A stretch of DNA of 63,747 nucleotides, the filler included, from Choristocarpus tenellus KU-1152 (Eukaryota; Protista; Phaeophyceae), in the NCBI GenBank assembly GCA_964200185.2. It is 14 parts of 14 records of this genome, joined end to end, with 100 filler letters (N's around TTAATTAATTAA, not from the genome) between each part and the next. Parts side by side here need not be neighbours in the genome. Positions count along the whole stretch, not along the records: positions 1 to 4,642 come from CAXNAD020013664.1; positions 4,743 to 8,445 come from CAXNAD020018424.1; positions 8,546 to 15,457 come from CAXNAD020007080.1; 11 more parts are not named here. The stretch is one strand, 5' to 3'. Both the position numbers and the translations under genes were made by a program. A model generated the notes under the pieces. The model was not told the origin of the DNA and searched no databases. It was given only the letters and a program-made list of their open reading frames with translations. This document shows, piece by piece, positions 1 through 12,787 of this stretch (position 1 is its first letter; the number at the start of each line of letters is the position of its first letter).

Positions 1-44
1 CACCCTAGTGTAGACCCTCCCCCCCCTCCCAGATACTTTGGGTC
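1..44 (+). mobile_element. MITE family A, right end (inserted in copia integrase, cut by window edge)
   Basis: CACCCTAGTGTAGACC-C-tract-CCAGATACTTTGGGTC matches the right end of full copies at 9988-10153 and 61964-62144. Confidence 0.85.
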
Positions 45-3000
45 CTTGCGGCCTCCATCATTTACTTGATGGATCGTTCTACAATCCCATTGCTCTGGGG
101 TGTATGTGATGGCGACCTCCTCCACCGAATCCCATTGTCGACTAGCATGCGTTGGAAATGAGCTGATTTCCCAAGTTCCCCGGAACCATCCCCACTGATG
201 CCACTTCACAACCACGCCTTCTCTGGCCATTTCGTCAACGCAGCCAGCGGTTGTAACTGTTGCTGCATCTCTGGTCTTAAGTCATAAATTCACTTGTCCC
301 TGCAGTTCTCATCAGTAAATACTTGGAAGTACTTATGTCCCGTGACGTCTGGTTGGAAGGGACCGACCAGATCCGTGGGTATCACCTCACAATGCTGTTT
401 GGGGTTTTGACCTCCCCTCTGGTAGCTGAACTTTTTTACTTTGCATTCCTTGTACGTCTCGCATCTCATCTTGGAAGCCACCAAAGCACCTGTGATCCCC
501 AGTAATCGGTGCTTTTACAGATCTTTGATGTCCAGTATATTGTGCCAGTCATGAAGTGTAAGTATCTGGCTCTTGTTGGCAATTGATGGATTTGCCTTAC
601 TCTTTTTTCCTTCCAGCATCCCCCTCAGGTGTAGAAATTCCCAAGATTTCTCCAATATTATCTGTGGACTGTTCTGCAAAGTTCTGAGGAAGCTTGTTCT
701 TGATCCTCAGTCCATAATTTCTCCTCCTTCTCGTCACAGTGTCTTAGTGTTCAATATTCGGCATGGCATACCAGGTACCCAAAGTACACCCCGAAGAACC
801 ATCCTTGACTCCCTGTTCTTGCTCATTGTCGATAGTACCATATCCCTTGTTTCGTAGCCTCCAGCTTCCCATCATTGCCGAAGGTGCAGGTCCGCTTTGT
901 AGTTCGTGTATTCACCAGATCCTCCCTGTATGGTGTGAGATGTACATTCACTCCAGAATCACAAAGGAATTCGATCTCTTGCCTTGCGTTGAGCTAAGCA
1001 CCACCGGTACAGCACGCTCCAAAGCTTACCTCCACAGGATTTATAGCTCCGATCAATAGGCCTATAGATGACGATGATGCTCGTACAAGCCTTCCAGGAT
1101 ACTCCGACAGTCAAAGGTCCAACGAAGATGATGAATATCAGGTCAGCAGATGAGGGTACCCTTATAAATCAATCAGCATGAATATGATAATTGGTATCAG
1201 TTAAGAGTGAGCCATGTGGAGGCTTGAGCCATTTGGGATCTTTTATCATCATTTACCGTTTTGTTTCTATTTCAGTTTACAGACATTGAAATACATCTGA
1301 GAACCATTGCGTACATTCCCAATTTACAGGTCTTACTCTATAACTTTTAGCAAATCGGAATTCCCCCTTTCGGGGTTCCAAACGCACGTTCACTGCTCGC
1401 GCTGATTAAAGCACAGGAGGGAATACTTGTTCGCCTGTAACACCACTTGTTCGTCCTATTTGCTGACCATTACCTTAAAGGTTGAGAATGATCGCGCTTG
1501 AATGATTCCTGTTGCCACCCCTTCCCCTTATGACGTCCTCCTTGACTGGTTGCTGATGTAGCTCTAGGTGGTGGAGGAAATTGCATAGCAGGCACTATCC
1601 CTCACGGTCGTTCTCTTCTGGTGGTTTGTCCGCCAAATATAAGTGGCATCCTCTCCATCATTGACCCCGTTTGAGATAGTAAGTGCATTGATCAGGATCA
1701 GGATACCTTGGTGACCCCCGTGATTATCCACCAGTTGGTCCCTTGTGCTTTGTAGAGCTGTTGCATTTACGTTCCCGTCCTGGTCCGAACGTAGGTATGC
1801 TGATGATTAGACAATTGTATGTCGAATAACCTAGTGTTATCCTTACGTTGTTTGTGCTGACACAAGAATACAACATAGGTTATACGTACGTTTATATTTG
1901 GTTAGGTATGATACAGAATACGTACGTATATAAACTATGATAAGTCAACATTAATCCACAGGTGAGTGGTTGACAGGCAATTAATAATTCAGTGTGTGTT
2001 TTACCATATAGTTCAACAGCTAGCTTCCGGCGACGAGCCTTAGATGCGCCAAGCTTCTCAACTTTGTATGCTTCAACTCCTCGTAGTGTATATCGGGTCT
2101 TGTGATAAGCCGTGAGAAAAAGTTGAGCATGTCGTCCTTGATGCTCAACAATTTTGAAGCCTTCTTTATGTTCTCTGACTCCCTTTCCTTTAGCTGTTCG
2201 AACTCTGCAAATGTCTCTTCAAGTTTGACTACAAAATCTGTACTATCCGTAGTCAAGGAGCACCGTATCTCCTGTAGCCGTGCTTCCAGGGTGATAATTT
2301 GTTTGGGGATCTCATCCTCCCTGTGGCCTCCATAGACTTGTTCTTATTCCATCCATGCTCTTTTGCCATCTGGGTTCTCACATTCTCGAATCGCTCCACA
2401 ATTGCTGCCAACAGACCCTCTCTCGCTTGGACCAGCAGAAAACACAAAAGTCTGTTGTTCTTCTCGTAGTTCTCATGCACTATTCATTCCTGTCCCATTG
2501 GTGTCTCTGAGAGTTCAGGGACCACATATTTTCGCCGCAGAATGTCGTATATGTTAAAGTATCCCACGGATCGTCTTCCTGACGTCCACTGGAGACAACG
2601 AGCTCCAAGAAGCCATCATGGGTACCTTAGTGTCATAATCAGATCCCAGCGCACTCAGAAACTGAAGTAGTATTTTTGTCACAGATGATGAGGCCCATTC
2701 TCATTACCCAGCTCCATAAGAACTCAAGTTCCGTTAGAGTGAAGATTGAGTTAGCCCCCTTCTCCACCTTTGAAGAGAAGAATTGCCGAAATAAATATTG
2801 GCTGTTGCCCACCATGTTCAGCATAAACCGGTCGTCCACAGCCGCAAAAAGCTCGCTAGGGCTCAGGTGTGTGCAGCACAGACCCTCTGTGCCAGGGGCA
2901 ATAAGAGCGATGGTGAGCAAGTAGTTCCTCCTGCGATCGCTCCTGATTGATCGGTCTTGGGAAAGTCAGTGCAGATAAACAGTCAGTGCACTTACGTGGA

Positions 3001-3480
3001 TCATGAACCGCCTTCTCTAATCACGATAGTTGGAGTTATTCACCAACTTGGGCGGTTGGGCCTTTGATTGCTGCCTTCTCCTGTAGGGAGTAAGGTCAAT
3101 TCCAGACCCTGACACCACCGAAGAACCTGATCTCCGGGTGATATCACTCCGAACGCTGAGTCCGTCCGGACTGTCGCCATTTCAGAAACCTTCACCCACA
3201 ACAGGTTCGACTTTTGGCGGTACAAAGTCAGCCAGTGGCCATGTGCTGGGCACAGCGACTTGGACAGCGGGATGATCACGCCGACCGACTCTATTAACAT
3301 TCATCATTAAAAGACGGTCCTGGTCTAGGTTCAGTTCTTGTGTTGCCTTAGACAGGTCCTCCATAGTAGAGGAGAGTTGCTGATAACGATCTTCAGGAAG
3401 GGTGGCCTCATATTGGCCCTTACCATGGACTGGTGTCTCTTCTCTTAGGGAAGACATAATAAGCATGGGTAGAAACCTAG
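45..3480 (-). mobile_element. Degenerate Ty1/copia LTR retrotransposon (gag-protease-integrase), pseudogenised
   Basis: Minus-strand translation gives copia order: gag-like helical fragments (2020-3466); protease EFLCDSGVNVHLTP...TFGNDG...VLWVPG (~980-760); integrase TDLVGPFQPDVTGHKYFQVFTD (~380-310), GDGSGEL (~200-175) and SPSHTPQSNGIVERSIK (~115-65). Multiple stops and frameshifts. Probable 5' LTR starts near 3491 (TGTTGT on + strand). Confidence 0.9.
1798..2018. mobile_element. Probable solo LTR inserted in copia gag region
   Basis: 221-bp AT-rich block bounded by TGCTGA...TCAACA (imperfect TG..CA inverted ends), flanked by GGTA/GCTA, interrupting coding-like sequence. Confidence 0.55.
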
Positions 3481-4642
3481 GGTTCCACTATGTTGTGTTA
3501 AAGTATCCCCCAGCTCATGTATGGATAGAAGAGATAGATACAGGAGTATTACCAAATGTTGAAAAGTGATTATTACCAGAGGGGGCGACCACACAACCCC
3601 AAAACACCATGCTTAATGGAATTAATTCCTATCCATTCGTATGCAAGAACTACGGTTTAACCAACTAATAATCCTTGTAATCTGACCTTGCATGTATACT
3701 GCTTGTGATATCTGTTACGGTTGGAGGAGTCTATTCAAACAGTACAGATCCTTTCCTACCAGCATAACCTACCACATATAATCTCCATGTTGTCCAGGTC
3801 TCCACTGACCGTCCTGGTGCTACAGTCCCGATGGGCAACTTCTTCATGTCGCTCAACATACAGTTGGGGCTCGTAGCCTGTGCAGATTTAGACTGCTGTT
3901 TGTGTTGGTATGGAAGAGGAGAAAAAAGAAAGATATGGAAGCCTCATACCCCCTTGCTGAATGTGATGAGGTGGTTGAAAAGAGAATAATAATATCATTA
4001 TAGATGGTAGGACTTGACTTAGCACCTGTTGCTTCTAGAAGAGATCACTAAAGCTGACACTTACAACACTCTTAAAATACTCCATCAAGATTTAGAAATC
4101 TAACACCTCGAACATGTGGACATCAAAACCCAGAATTGATTCTCTATAAATATCCCGCTAAGATATGAACCATGATCCCGAATACTTTTGGTCACATACT
4201 ACTGTAATTCATATTGTATTTTGCACAGCTGCCAGAACTGGTAGTAGTAGACTCCTTGCACGATCTTGACCCCTATACACCCCATTGAAAACATCTACAG
4301 TATGTCTTATCTATGCTCTACAGGACATTGAAGAGCATTTGTGTACTCATGTGCATTTTCTGTGGTCAATGGGAAAAATGACTTGAACAACTCCTCAGCA
4401 TTGTCCATTGTACTATTAATGATTCACAAGCTACCAGGGAATCGAATTTCACAGCTTCAATCAGACCAGACGCCGCTCATTCTCTTCAATGGGTATATCG
4501 TTACCACTCATGTCCCTCCACCGCATGTACCTAGGATGTAGGGGAAGAAGAGCAAGGGGGGGGGGGTCAGTGGCGGAGGGGTGGGTTTGACCCTTGATAC
4601 AAAATTGCATCCTCTACAAACATGTCTTCCAACTACTCTCTC

Positions 4643-4742
4643 NNNNNNNNNNNNNNNNNNNNNNNNNNNNNNNNNNNNNNNNNNNNTTAATTAATTAANN
4701 NNNNNNNNNNNNNNNNNNNNNNNNNNNNNNNNNNNNNNNNNN
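4643..4742. other. Artificial contig linker N44-TTAATTAATTAA-N44 (first of 13; others at 8446, 15458, 18812, 22067, 24911, 28795, 32447, 38392, 47781, 52405, 56593, 60644)
   Basis: Identical 100-bp spacers with a core that gives stops in all six frames. Confidence 0.98.
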
Positions 4743-6029
4743 ATACATATTTTACCGTAACTGTCCGATAGAGTTGCAAGAGTCTAATCGAATATAACCT
4801 TCGGGCGCAGCTCACTACAACGTAGAGTGTCCACGCAGAACTCGGCACAATGGCTGCGGAAGCCCCTCTCTGTCGAAGGACATCCTCGATATCGTGGTGC
4901 GGCCTCTACCTCCGAGCTTCAAGTTCCATAGAAGTCGAAGGCTGAGGTTGGGCAAAGCGTACGCGCTGGTGAATACCGTGTGTCAAGAGGGAACTCACAC
5001 TTGATCGAGAGGACCAATCAATCACCGTGGAACAAGAAATCAAAGAGGGGTCGCGACTACGACGGAGAATGTGTATTCTTGGTCAAGGTCGATGATGAGG
5101 TCTGACTGCCTGGCTGCTGTCTAATGAGCTTTTAGACATGACACTGGATCTACTATAACAATAAGGAGTTAGGGTTACACACAGACAGATGAGACATGGA
5201 GGATCACGATTCTTCTTCTCCCGTGAAAAAACTCGGTCTAGGAGAGGAGAAACAGCCCTCCAAGCCAGGTACTAGACGACGGACGGACGGATGTCTAAGT
5301 AACTTGTTTTTAGAGAGGAAATCACCCTCTTACTCATCGCACCACAACCAACTCCAACCTAATAATGTTAAGAGTGATTCAAGGGTCACATCAAGCTCTA
5401 TTTCGACGAAAAACTCGACTCCGATCAAAAGTTAGAGCAGGACAAATTCATTCCTAGACAGGACTGCCAACACTATATTAGTATTATTAGTATTGTATAT
5501 AATAAAATTAATCCTTTTCGAAATTCCTGACGTGACGTTACACCATATTGTCCAAACTGTACATGCCCAAAATCTTCGATTGGTGTTTTGGGTTTACAGT
5601 GTGTGTCCAGTAAATGGGTTAAATAGATAGAATACAAACTTTGGAACCTTCGAACGGTCTCGCAACTGCATCTACGATGATGACTGTGTTCTGCTGTGAC
5701 TACAAATGTGTTTCTGGTTCAGTAGCCACAATAGTAGCAATGTATACTCTAAAGTAGCGGGGGCTCCATGTACCTATTACTGCTTCTTTGGTTGCCAGAA
5801 AAACGCCCCTCACAACTAAACACTTGAAATCAGAAAACATTCTAGTACTTCGGAGTACGTAATGGTATATATTTCGGGTAAGAACAGTGTACTAACCAAC
5901 CAATTGAAAGATAGGCATGTTTGGACCCTTACGCATTCCAAGCCACCTTCGCTAGCCTGTGCAATACACTAATTTCATTACTTTATTTGAACAATAGTCC
6001 GCAAAATTGACCTTCCTCCTTTCCACACA

Positions 6030-6600
6030 CAAAGTAACACCACATTTAAGCAAAATGTCTTTCTGGAATTGTACAAAATGGCACCTTTGTCCTTTCTCGA
6101 GGTCCTTAAAATGCCACTCTGCCCACCTCTCAGTTGGTTTGGCTCATTATCACTATAGAGGCCCACTCTATCTTGTACCCCTCTATTCAGCATCAGTTTA
6201 GACAGTTTACATAGCCTGCCTCGCAAAGTGTTCAGACTGATGTTGAACAGGGGAAGTATCTCTCTACAAAAGGCATTTCAAGCGCTTGTTGAGGGAGTCA
6301 CCAAAAGAACCAAAATAATTCTTAGGAGCCACACCTACGTGACATCTGTTGATCAAGAGGACAACGATCAGAGAAAATTTGCTCTTCTGACCAGAAGTAA
6401 ACGAGAGGCACCCAGGTTTGGGGTGTTTTGCATTTTTGGCCAGTTCTTGAATAGTTTGTAAATCACCCATATTTCTATGCATGAAGTACTAGGTTTGACT
6501 TGAGGCCGTTGATTTCTCTATTGTTTGAGAATTTTTGACAGAAATCCAAGCAATATCCTACACGCTATGGACAAATATGTGCAAATTTCCAATTTGGTTG
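6030..6600. repeat. Dispersed repeat family C (probable non-autonomous DNA transposon fragment)
   Basis: 6030-6150 is similar to 19280-19410. The reverse complement of 6390-6560 is similar to 58535-58705 and 60240-60420 (e.g. TCTCAAACAATAG.GAAATCAA...GAGTCAAA...AAACCTGGGT). Confidence 0.75.
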
Positions 6601-7411
6601 TACAGGGCCACCTGTCGGCCCAGCTATGTAGAAGTAGTAATAATGGACATGAACCCAGTCATATTCGAACCTGCTTGTATGGAGTCGGCCAGCAACCCGG
6701 CCATGTTGAGGTAGAGACGGTCATGGACCTGGCCCTGTTAGAGAACATTTCAGCTATGGCCAGCCGGGAAAAATTAATTGACGCTCAGACGGGCATCATT
6801 ATGCTTGTAGCACGTCACACAGACCAATTCAACTCTAAGTAAATACATACAACATTTCTACGTCGTAGCTTTAATAAGATAAACTATGCACTCGCCCATG
6901 GTCTAGCAGGTTGGACAACATCTGAAGGCAGATGGGTGTCACCTGCACCTTGGAGGACAGCCCTTCACCACCAACCGAGGAAAGGGGTTACTCCTGGTTG
7001 TGGCCTTCGCTGAAGTTCAAGCAGACTGGCACCTACCACAATCATCAACGAAGAATGCCATCGCTGGTGGTGCTCCAGCTGAGGCCCGAAAGCGAAACCC
7101 ATACGAGGGATCCCTTGACCCTCGTAGTTGAAAGCTCAGAGTGCCTTGGCACACAAAGGAAGAGCAATTTTTTATTGAGCTGGTGACTCATGTTGTGAGT
7201 GGCAGAGAGGCAGGGGGTTTCAGTAGGAAGGGAGCAGTGGAGACATAGTCAAGGATAATGTTCTTTAATAGTACAAAGTTGGTAGAAACGATGTATTCTT
7301 AAGACTCAGAAGGAAAATCTGGTAGGAGTGACGGTTTTGATGAGGATTGCAATTGATGGGTAATGGAATATTCGCAATGGTTTGAGGGAGTGTCATCTGA
7401 TCAACTTTTGG

Positions 7412-7613
7412 GGGTCAAAGTATCTGGGGGGGAGGTGTCGGCGTCCGTTTTTCACCCTTCTTTCGACTTTCACTTTTTTGGTGTGATTTGGTCGCACATG
7501 TCGGATTTGAAATGTCAGTAAAAAAAAAGTTGTTTGACCGAAACGGACGCCCCCCCCCAACCCCCCCCCCCCCCCCCACNNNNNNNNCCCCCCCCCCTTA
7601 GATACTTTGACCC
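7412..7613. mobile_element. MITE, family A variant with TIR GGGTCAAAGTATCT and 3-bp TSD TGG
   Basis: GGGTCAAAGTATCT ... AGATACTTTGACCC; TGG at 7409-7411 and 7614-7616. Internal G/C tracts, with an 8-N gap in the C tract. Confidence 0.85.
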
Positions 7614-8804
7614 TGGATTTGGTAGGAATGAAGCCTTGGATGACCAACAAGCTTGGAAAGTTATACGTAACACATTATCCATTGTGTGGAATGAATGGGC
7701 AACAAGTTGATGGTATGGATGTACTCCCACTTTTGGGGACGGTGCACGACCAGTCGTACGGGATTTGGAATTGTAATATCGTTATGGTGGCGTTACAATA
7801 TATTCAAGCGTCCCTCTTGATACTATTTATATTGTATATGAAATACTGTTCACCATACATTCAACTACTGACAGGTCGTGTAAACACGACTTGCATGAAA
7901 TGTGCAAGGTGCAATGATTCGGGAAGAGGGATTTAGGATGTATCTAGACCTCAGTCACTCTTCTTGTATACACCTCATTTCTTCTGGCCCTGATTAATCC
8001 ATTCATTGTTCGCCAGCGTCGATAGCGAATTTGATGGTTACAAGAGTGCGTTTGCTTCACGCTTGCATCCACTCCTTTTGTTGGATACAACATAGAGGAA
8101 GACGGAGATATCCCCCACTTACACATCATTGAGTTTGTGTCGAATATTGGACTTCTGGAGTGTCATTTTCCATTTAACACAATCAACCTGGACATTCTAC
8201 TCTTATGTGCTGAAGATCTTCCAGCTCATCATCACCGACTCTACATCAATAACACATTCAAGGATTGTGACCACATCAGTAACTTCAGTAATGCAACACA
8301 ATTTTAATCAATCAAAATTTCAAACCACGACTTCAACCTGATTTTCCAAACTTCCCCATCATATACCTATGAATCCACCCAATAATTTCACAATACAGGT
8401 ACCACTTAAAGGTACGTTCATTCGGGGTCAAAGTATCTGGGGGGGNNNNNNNNNNNNNNNNNNNNNNNNNNNNNNNNNNNNNNNNNNNNTTAATTAATTA
8501 ANNNNNNNNNNNNNNNNNNNNNNNNNNNNNNNNNNNNNNNNNNNNCACAGGAGTGAGGAAGAGGCAGTTGTCTGGTGACCTTGAAAACACGCTGAAGGTA
8601 GACATGGAGGCTTTTCTGTGGCTGATAAAGTTGGGAGGGATGGGGAGTAATAGTAATAAAATGAGCTGAGCACAACCAGAAATCGTCATGGAATTCAAAT
8701 CTTCTTTCAGAAAAGAATTTCATCAACATCATCAAGAGCTATGGACAAGCGGAACAGATTATGGCACGGAGGTAGTATAAATTTAAGTATTCCTCCTTCG
8801 TTCA

Positions 8805-9061
8805 GAGTGAAAGTATTTTAGAGGGTACAAATTTTTGCCGTGTTTGTCCATTTGGTGCTAGGCTTCGCATGGGATGTTTTAAGACATTTTCCTACTCCAA
8901 AATGTTTCGGAGTAGATGAAAAGTATACCATATGATAACGTGTGTCCGAAATATAGATATTGACACTTCCTAACAAACACGATAGTCAAAACATCAAAAT
9001 CGTAACATTGGATTTTGACCCCCAAATGGACGCTGCTTTACCCTCTAAGATACTTTGGCTC
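8805..9061 (+). mobile_element. MITE family B copy 1 (257 bp, TSD TCA)
   Basis: TIRs GAGTGAAAGTATTTTAGAGGGTA / TACCCTCTAAGATACTTTGGCTC; TCA on both sides; colinear with four other copies. Confidence 0.9.
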
Positions 9062-9229
9062 TCACATCAATCAACAGGATATTCCATGTCTCCCCACAAA
9101 GTTCATTCTAAAACATAGGTTTTCACATTACCGCAGTATTACTTGTGGAGGACGTTCCTGTGGATGTTATTGCTGTACAACTATTATACCTCTCATCTAT
9201 TACCACAATACATTATGTTCAAGGTGCAC

Positions 9230-9415
9230 GTCGCCATCGCCTCCAGCCAATATCACTTGCACAGCAACACACCTTTCCTAGACATGATACTCACCAAGGC
9301 TGATAACCTCTATCGTGCTTACCCTCGTCACCCTGAACAAGTATACATGTGGCATCTATCTATAAAATACTCGAAGTACCTCGCCACCTTCAATCTTGAT
9401 TTCTCTATCTGATTC
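9230..9415 (+). mobile_element. Highly degenerate copia reverse-transcriptase C-terminal fragment
   Basis: TPFLDM...RHPEQVYMW...KYSKYLATFNLDFSI resembles copia TRPDI...P...HW...ILKYLKGT.DLGL. Confidence 0.45.
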
Positions 9416-9987
9416 TCGTGACACTTCATTGTACTTAGGTGATGACGCTCATGCGTATGAGAACACGATTATACTCCTCCAGCATTAAACCTTCTACTAG
9501 TCTTTTTCAGCATCGCATGTACACCCCACCCTTTCGTCCTCGAAATCTTCTGCGAGAGTATGATTTCGCCTCTCTTGTCAATCAAGGTTATGGTTTGTGA
9601 TATTTCCTTGTCGACTCTCTTCCTTCTCGCCTCGCTAGTGCAGCAATGACCTCTGCTTTCCATATCATCGAATTACAGTGCGTGTGATCTTGTACCATCT
9701 TTCACATAGGAATATTTCACATTTGTTTTCTTGACTGGACTGGAAGATGCGAATCACAGGCCTCTCTCTCATTGCTGCAATTAACATCTGGGGAGATCAG
9801 GGTAAGTGGTAGCCCGGTAGTTAATTGTTGTAAGCATCGGATCAGAGCCAGTCAACTCATGCACGTGTCGAATTACTACGCTGAAATTGAATTCTATTTT
9901 ACATCAATCGTGCATCGAGGCATTGGTGCACCATACTGCTATTGTTGTGTCTCCCACCTGTTCTATGACGTAAGATCGCATATTCTG

Positions 9988-10153
9988 GGCTCAAAGTACC
10001 TGGGAGGGGATGGCGGCTGTCCATTAGGGTCGCGATTTTTGGGTGATTTGGTTGCATACGTTGGATGGACAATGTAAATGCACTTTTCCTGATTTTGGTC
10101 CGAATGGACACCCTAGTGTAGACCCCCCCCCGCCCTCCCAGATACTTTGGGTA
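9988..10153 (+). mobile_element. MITE family A full copy
   Basis: GGCTCAAAGTACCTGGG ... CCCAGATACTTTGGGTA; TCTG on both flanks; interior matches 56693-56846, 57421-57599 and 61964-62144. Confidence 0.9.
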
Positions 10154-11300
10154 TCTGCATCGTTGGCAATTGAGTCCTGAAGGTATTGGCAGTAGTACCA
10201 CACAACTATCCACGTCAAGCTCAACTAGTTGGGGACAAGCGGAAGTAAGAAGATATCTACAATTTAAGGCCATGAATGTGAAGTTTATCGAGAGAAATAT
10301 CCTATTAATACGATGCATGCCCTTTTCTCAAGGTTGAACTCGATGTGGCAAGGACAATGGCTTAAAGCAGGCTACACTTGTATTGCAACAATCAAATATT
10401 GAGTGGGTCACCAATTAGATTCCCTTTCGACTATTAGGGGACTCTGTTCTTCACCACATGATAGTAACATGCGACAGGTGATTTAAGTGGAAGAAGAAAA
10501 TAATGCAATCTGGATCCATGATGCCCACCCGCCCCTCGGGAATTCTCGTAACTCCTCTTCTCCGTGTACGGAACCATCATCACACTCAACCGCAATTTGA
10601 AGAGCTGAGACTAACTTACATACCTTTGGATGAGTACTTGTGGTTTCTGACCCCAGTATGCGAGGCATAGAGCCCTCTCTGGCATATATCTCCTACTATG
10701 ATTAGTAGATCTGTTCGAAACCATGGCATAATCCAGTGGTGTTTACTGAGCACAAAGCAGTTTTCATCATCCTCCAACTGTAGTGTCTTACCGCCTGCAG
10801 AATACACATTTCAAATGTATACTGTCAGTGTTTGCTTTATGCACATTACATAACAGCTCTTGCCGTGAAAGACATCATGATAGGGGTTTCATAGTTTTGG
10901 GTAGTGCTGATTGGGATGTACGGGACAGAAGCACGACGTCTTAGGGTTCTGGGGTATTAAATAGACGTGGGTTGTGTCAAGCTCTTTTCACCAAGTTTTG
11001 ACATTTTCAAGTCTTACATCCGTCTTTGGTCGCAGCAACGTTTTTCGAGAAGGAATAGGACATCGTGATCTGGAATTACCACCAGAAGGTCCCAACGGGT
11101 GAGGTGTAGGGAGTTCGAGGCTCTATTAGACATTACTGTATGGAATAGATGCCGCGTGTCTTAGGTTGTGCTGAAACATAATGTGTTTGTGTTGAGTCAA
11201 AGCGACTGTGGAGTCCACTACTCATCAGTCATGTTAGCTCACTTCTCAGTCAAGGAAGACTGTGTATACTGTGATCGATAAATGGGAAAAGGAAGAGCTG
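10154..11300 (-). mobile_element. Degenerate copia RT/RNase H remnant
   Basis: Weak motif traces on the minus strand (LVVIPDHDVL; QLVELDVDSCVVLLPIPSGLNC resembling RELVE.G.I.L..IPS..N); many stops. Confidence 0.35.
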
Positions 11301-11339
11301 CTGTTTAATCTAGGGAGCTTCCTAATGTACGATGCATAA

Positions 11340-11597
11340 GAGTCAAAGCATTTAAGAGGGTAGGGCCGCGTCCACTTGGGGTCATAAATCTAATGTTGCG
11401 ATTTTGATGAATTTTGGCTATCGTGTTTGTTACCAAGTGTTAATATCCTTGCTCCGGACACACATTTCATAGTCATGTACACTCTAGGTAACTGTGTTCA
11501 GACAGAAAACCGAAAAGGGGCGTAAAAAATCCTTGGGAAGCCAAGGCCTGAACGGACATACAGGGCAAAACCCCTACCCTCTCAAATGCTATGGCTC
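11340..11597 (-). mobile_element. MITE family B copy 2 (TSD TAA)
   Basis: GAGTCAAAGCATTTAAGAGGGTA ... TACCCTCTCAAATGCTATGGCTC; TAA on both flanks; reverse orientation to copy 1. Confidence 0.9.
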
Positions 11598-12525
11598 TAA
11601 ACGCTTGGGGAGTGTAACATCATCCTTCTCGTAGCATCCTGTCATGCGTCTCTCAAACAGGTGATGGAGATTCTCTGGGGTGCTTTTTTCATACCTCATG
11701 CATTTGATATAAATCTATATTGTAATTATTATTTTGTCGGCTGTCTCTTTGCCCTCCTTCAGCCAGCACAATGAAGCAGCTGTACGATTAAACACTCCCT
11801 ATGACATTGTACTACGTAGTGGTAACTCAACCAGATCACCAGCTCCAGAGCAAACACAATTGTGATTGATTGAAGAAGGTTAATGACTGACCACACAATG
11901 AGCAAACCGTCGGTATTATGTAAATGCTACAAGTTGGAGATGATATGGCATTTATCACAACTGATATGTCTTAAGGGAATTTTCTGACATGAATAGTCTT
12001 GATTGGTTTTTCCCTTGACACATCTGAAGATGTCAGATGGCATAACAATATTTTATGGTGTTGAGTTAGTTGTTGCAGACAACATGAATATTGTGTTGTT
12101 TTTTCGTTCAGCTCTTTGTACTTGATTGTTGCTGTACCTTTTTGTCTTTTTTTCATCAGGTGGGGAAAATTTTGTATTCTTCCTTTTATTATGTATTTGC
12201 CCTTTTTCAAATGTAATACCTATTTTTTGTTCACTTTATTTCTACACATTTCTGTGTTTTTGCAGTATGTATTTCTTTAGTCAGTTTATTTATGTTTTAC
12301 TTCTCTCTTCTTCATGTATTTTACGTCCCTGACTGTGAGTCTAAGCATATTATTGTCTGCCGTCTTTTCTCCATCACAAAACTTGCCAAATGCCGGATTA
12401 TCGTTGCATCACACATTTTTTATGCGTGATAATCAATGAACTAAGTATTCAGTGAATGAATAAATCAATCGTGCACTCTGTGTGGCTCAGTCAATATGAA
12501 GATGTGCTTAGAGGGGATGTGCTGA

Positions 12526-12787
12526 GAGTGAAAGTGTCTCAGAGGGTACGAATTTTGCCCTGTTTGTCCATTTGGGGCTTGGCTTCCTACGTTTTTTTAA
12601 AATCACATTTTCCTACGCCGAAATGTTTCGGAGCAGTTAAAATGTATACGATATGAAAATGTGTGTTCGGAACAAGGATATCCACACTTCCTAATAGACA
12701 CAATAGTAAAAATTTAATCAAAATCGCAACATTGGAATTTGGCCCCCAAACGGACGTGGCTCTGTACCCTCTAAGATACTCTGACGC
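12526..12787 (+). mobile_element. MITE family B copy 3 (TSD TGA)
   Basis: GAGTGAAAGTGTCTCAGAGGGTA ... TACCCTCTAAGATACTCTGACGC; TGA on both flanks. Confidence 0.9.

Noticed and set aside
5978-6482. Minus-strand ORFs as copia RNase H
   Set aside because: The region matches non-coding dispersed repeat family C elsewhere in the window; the motif resemblance is weak.
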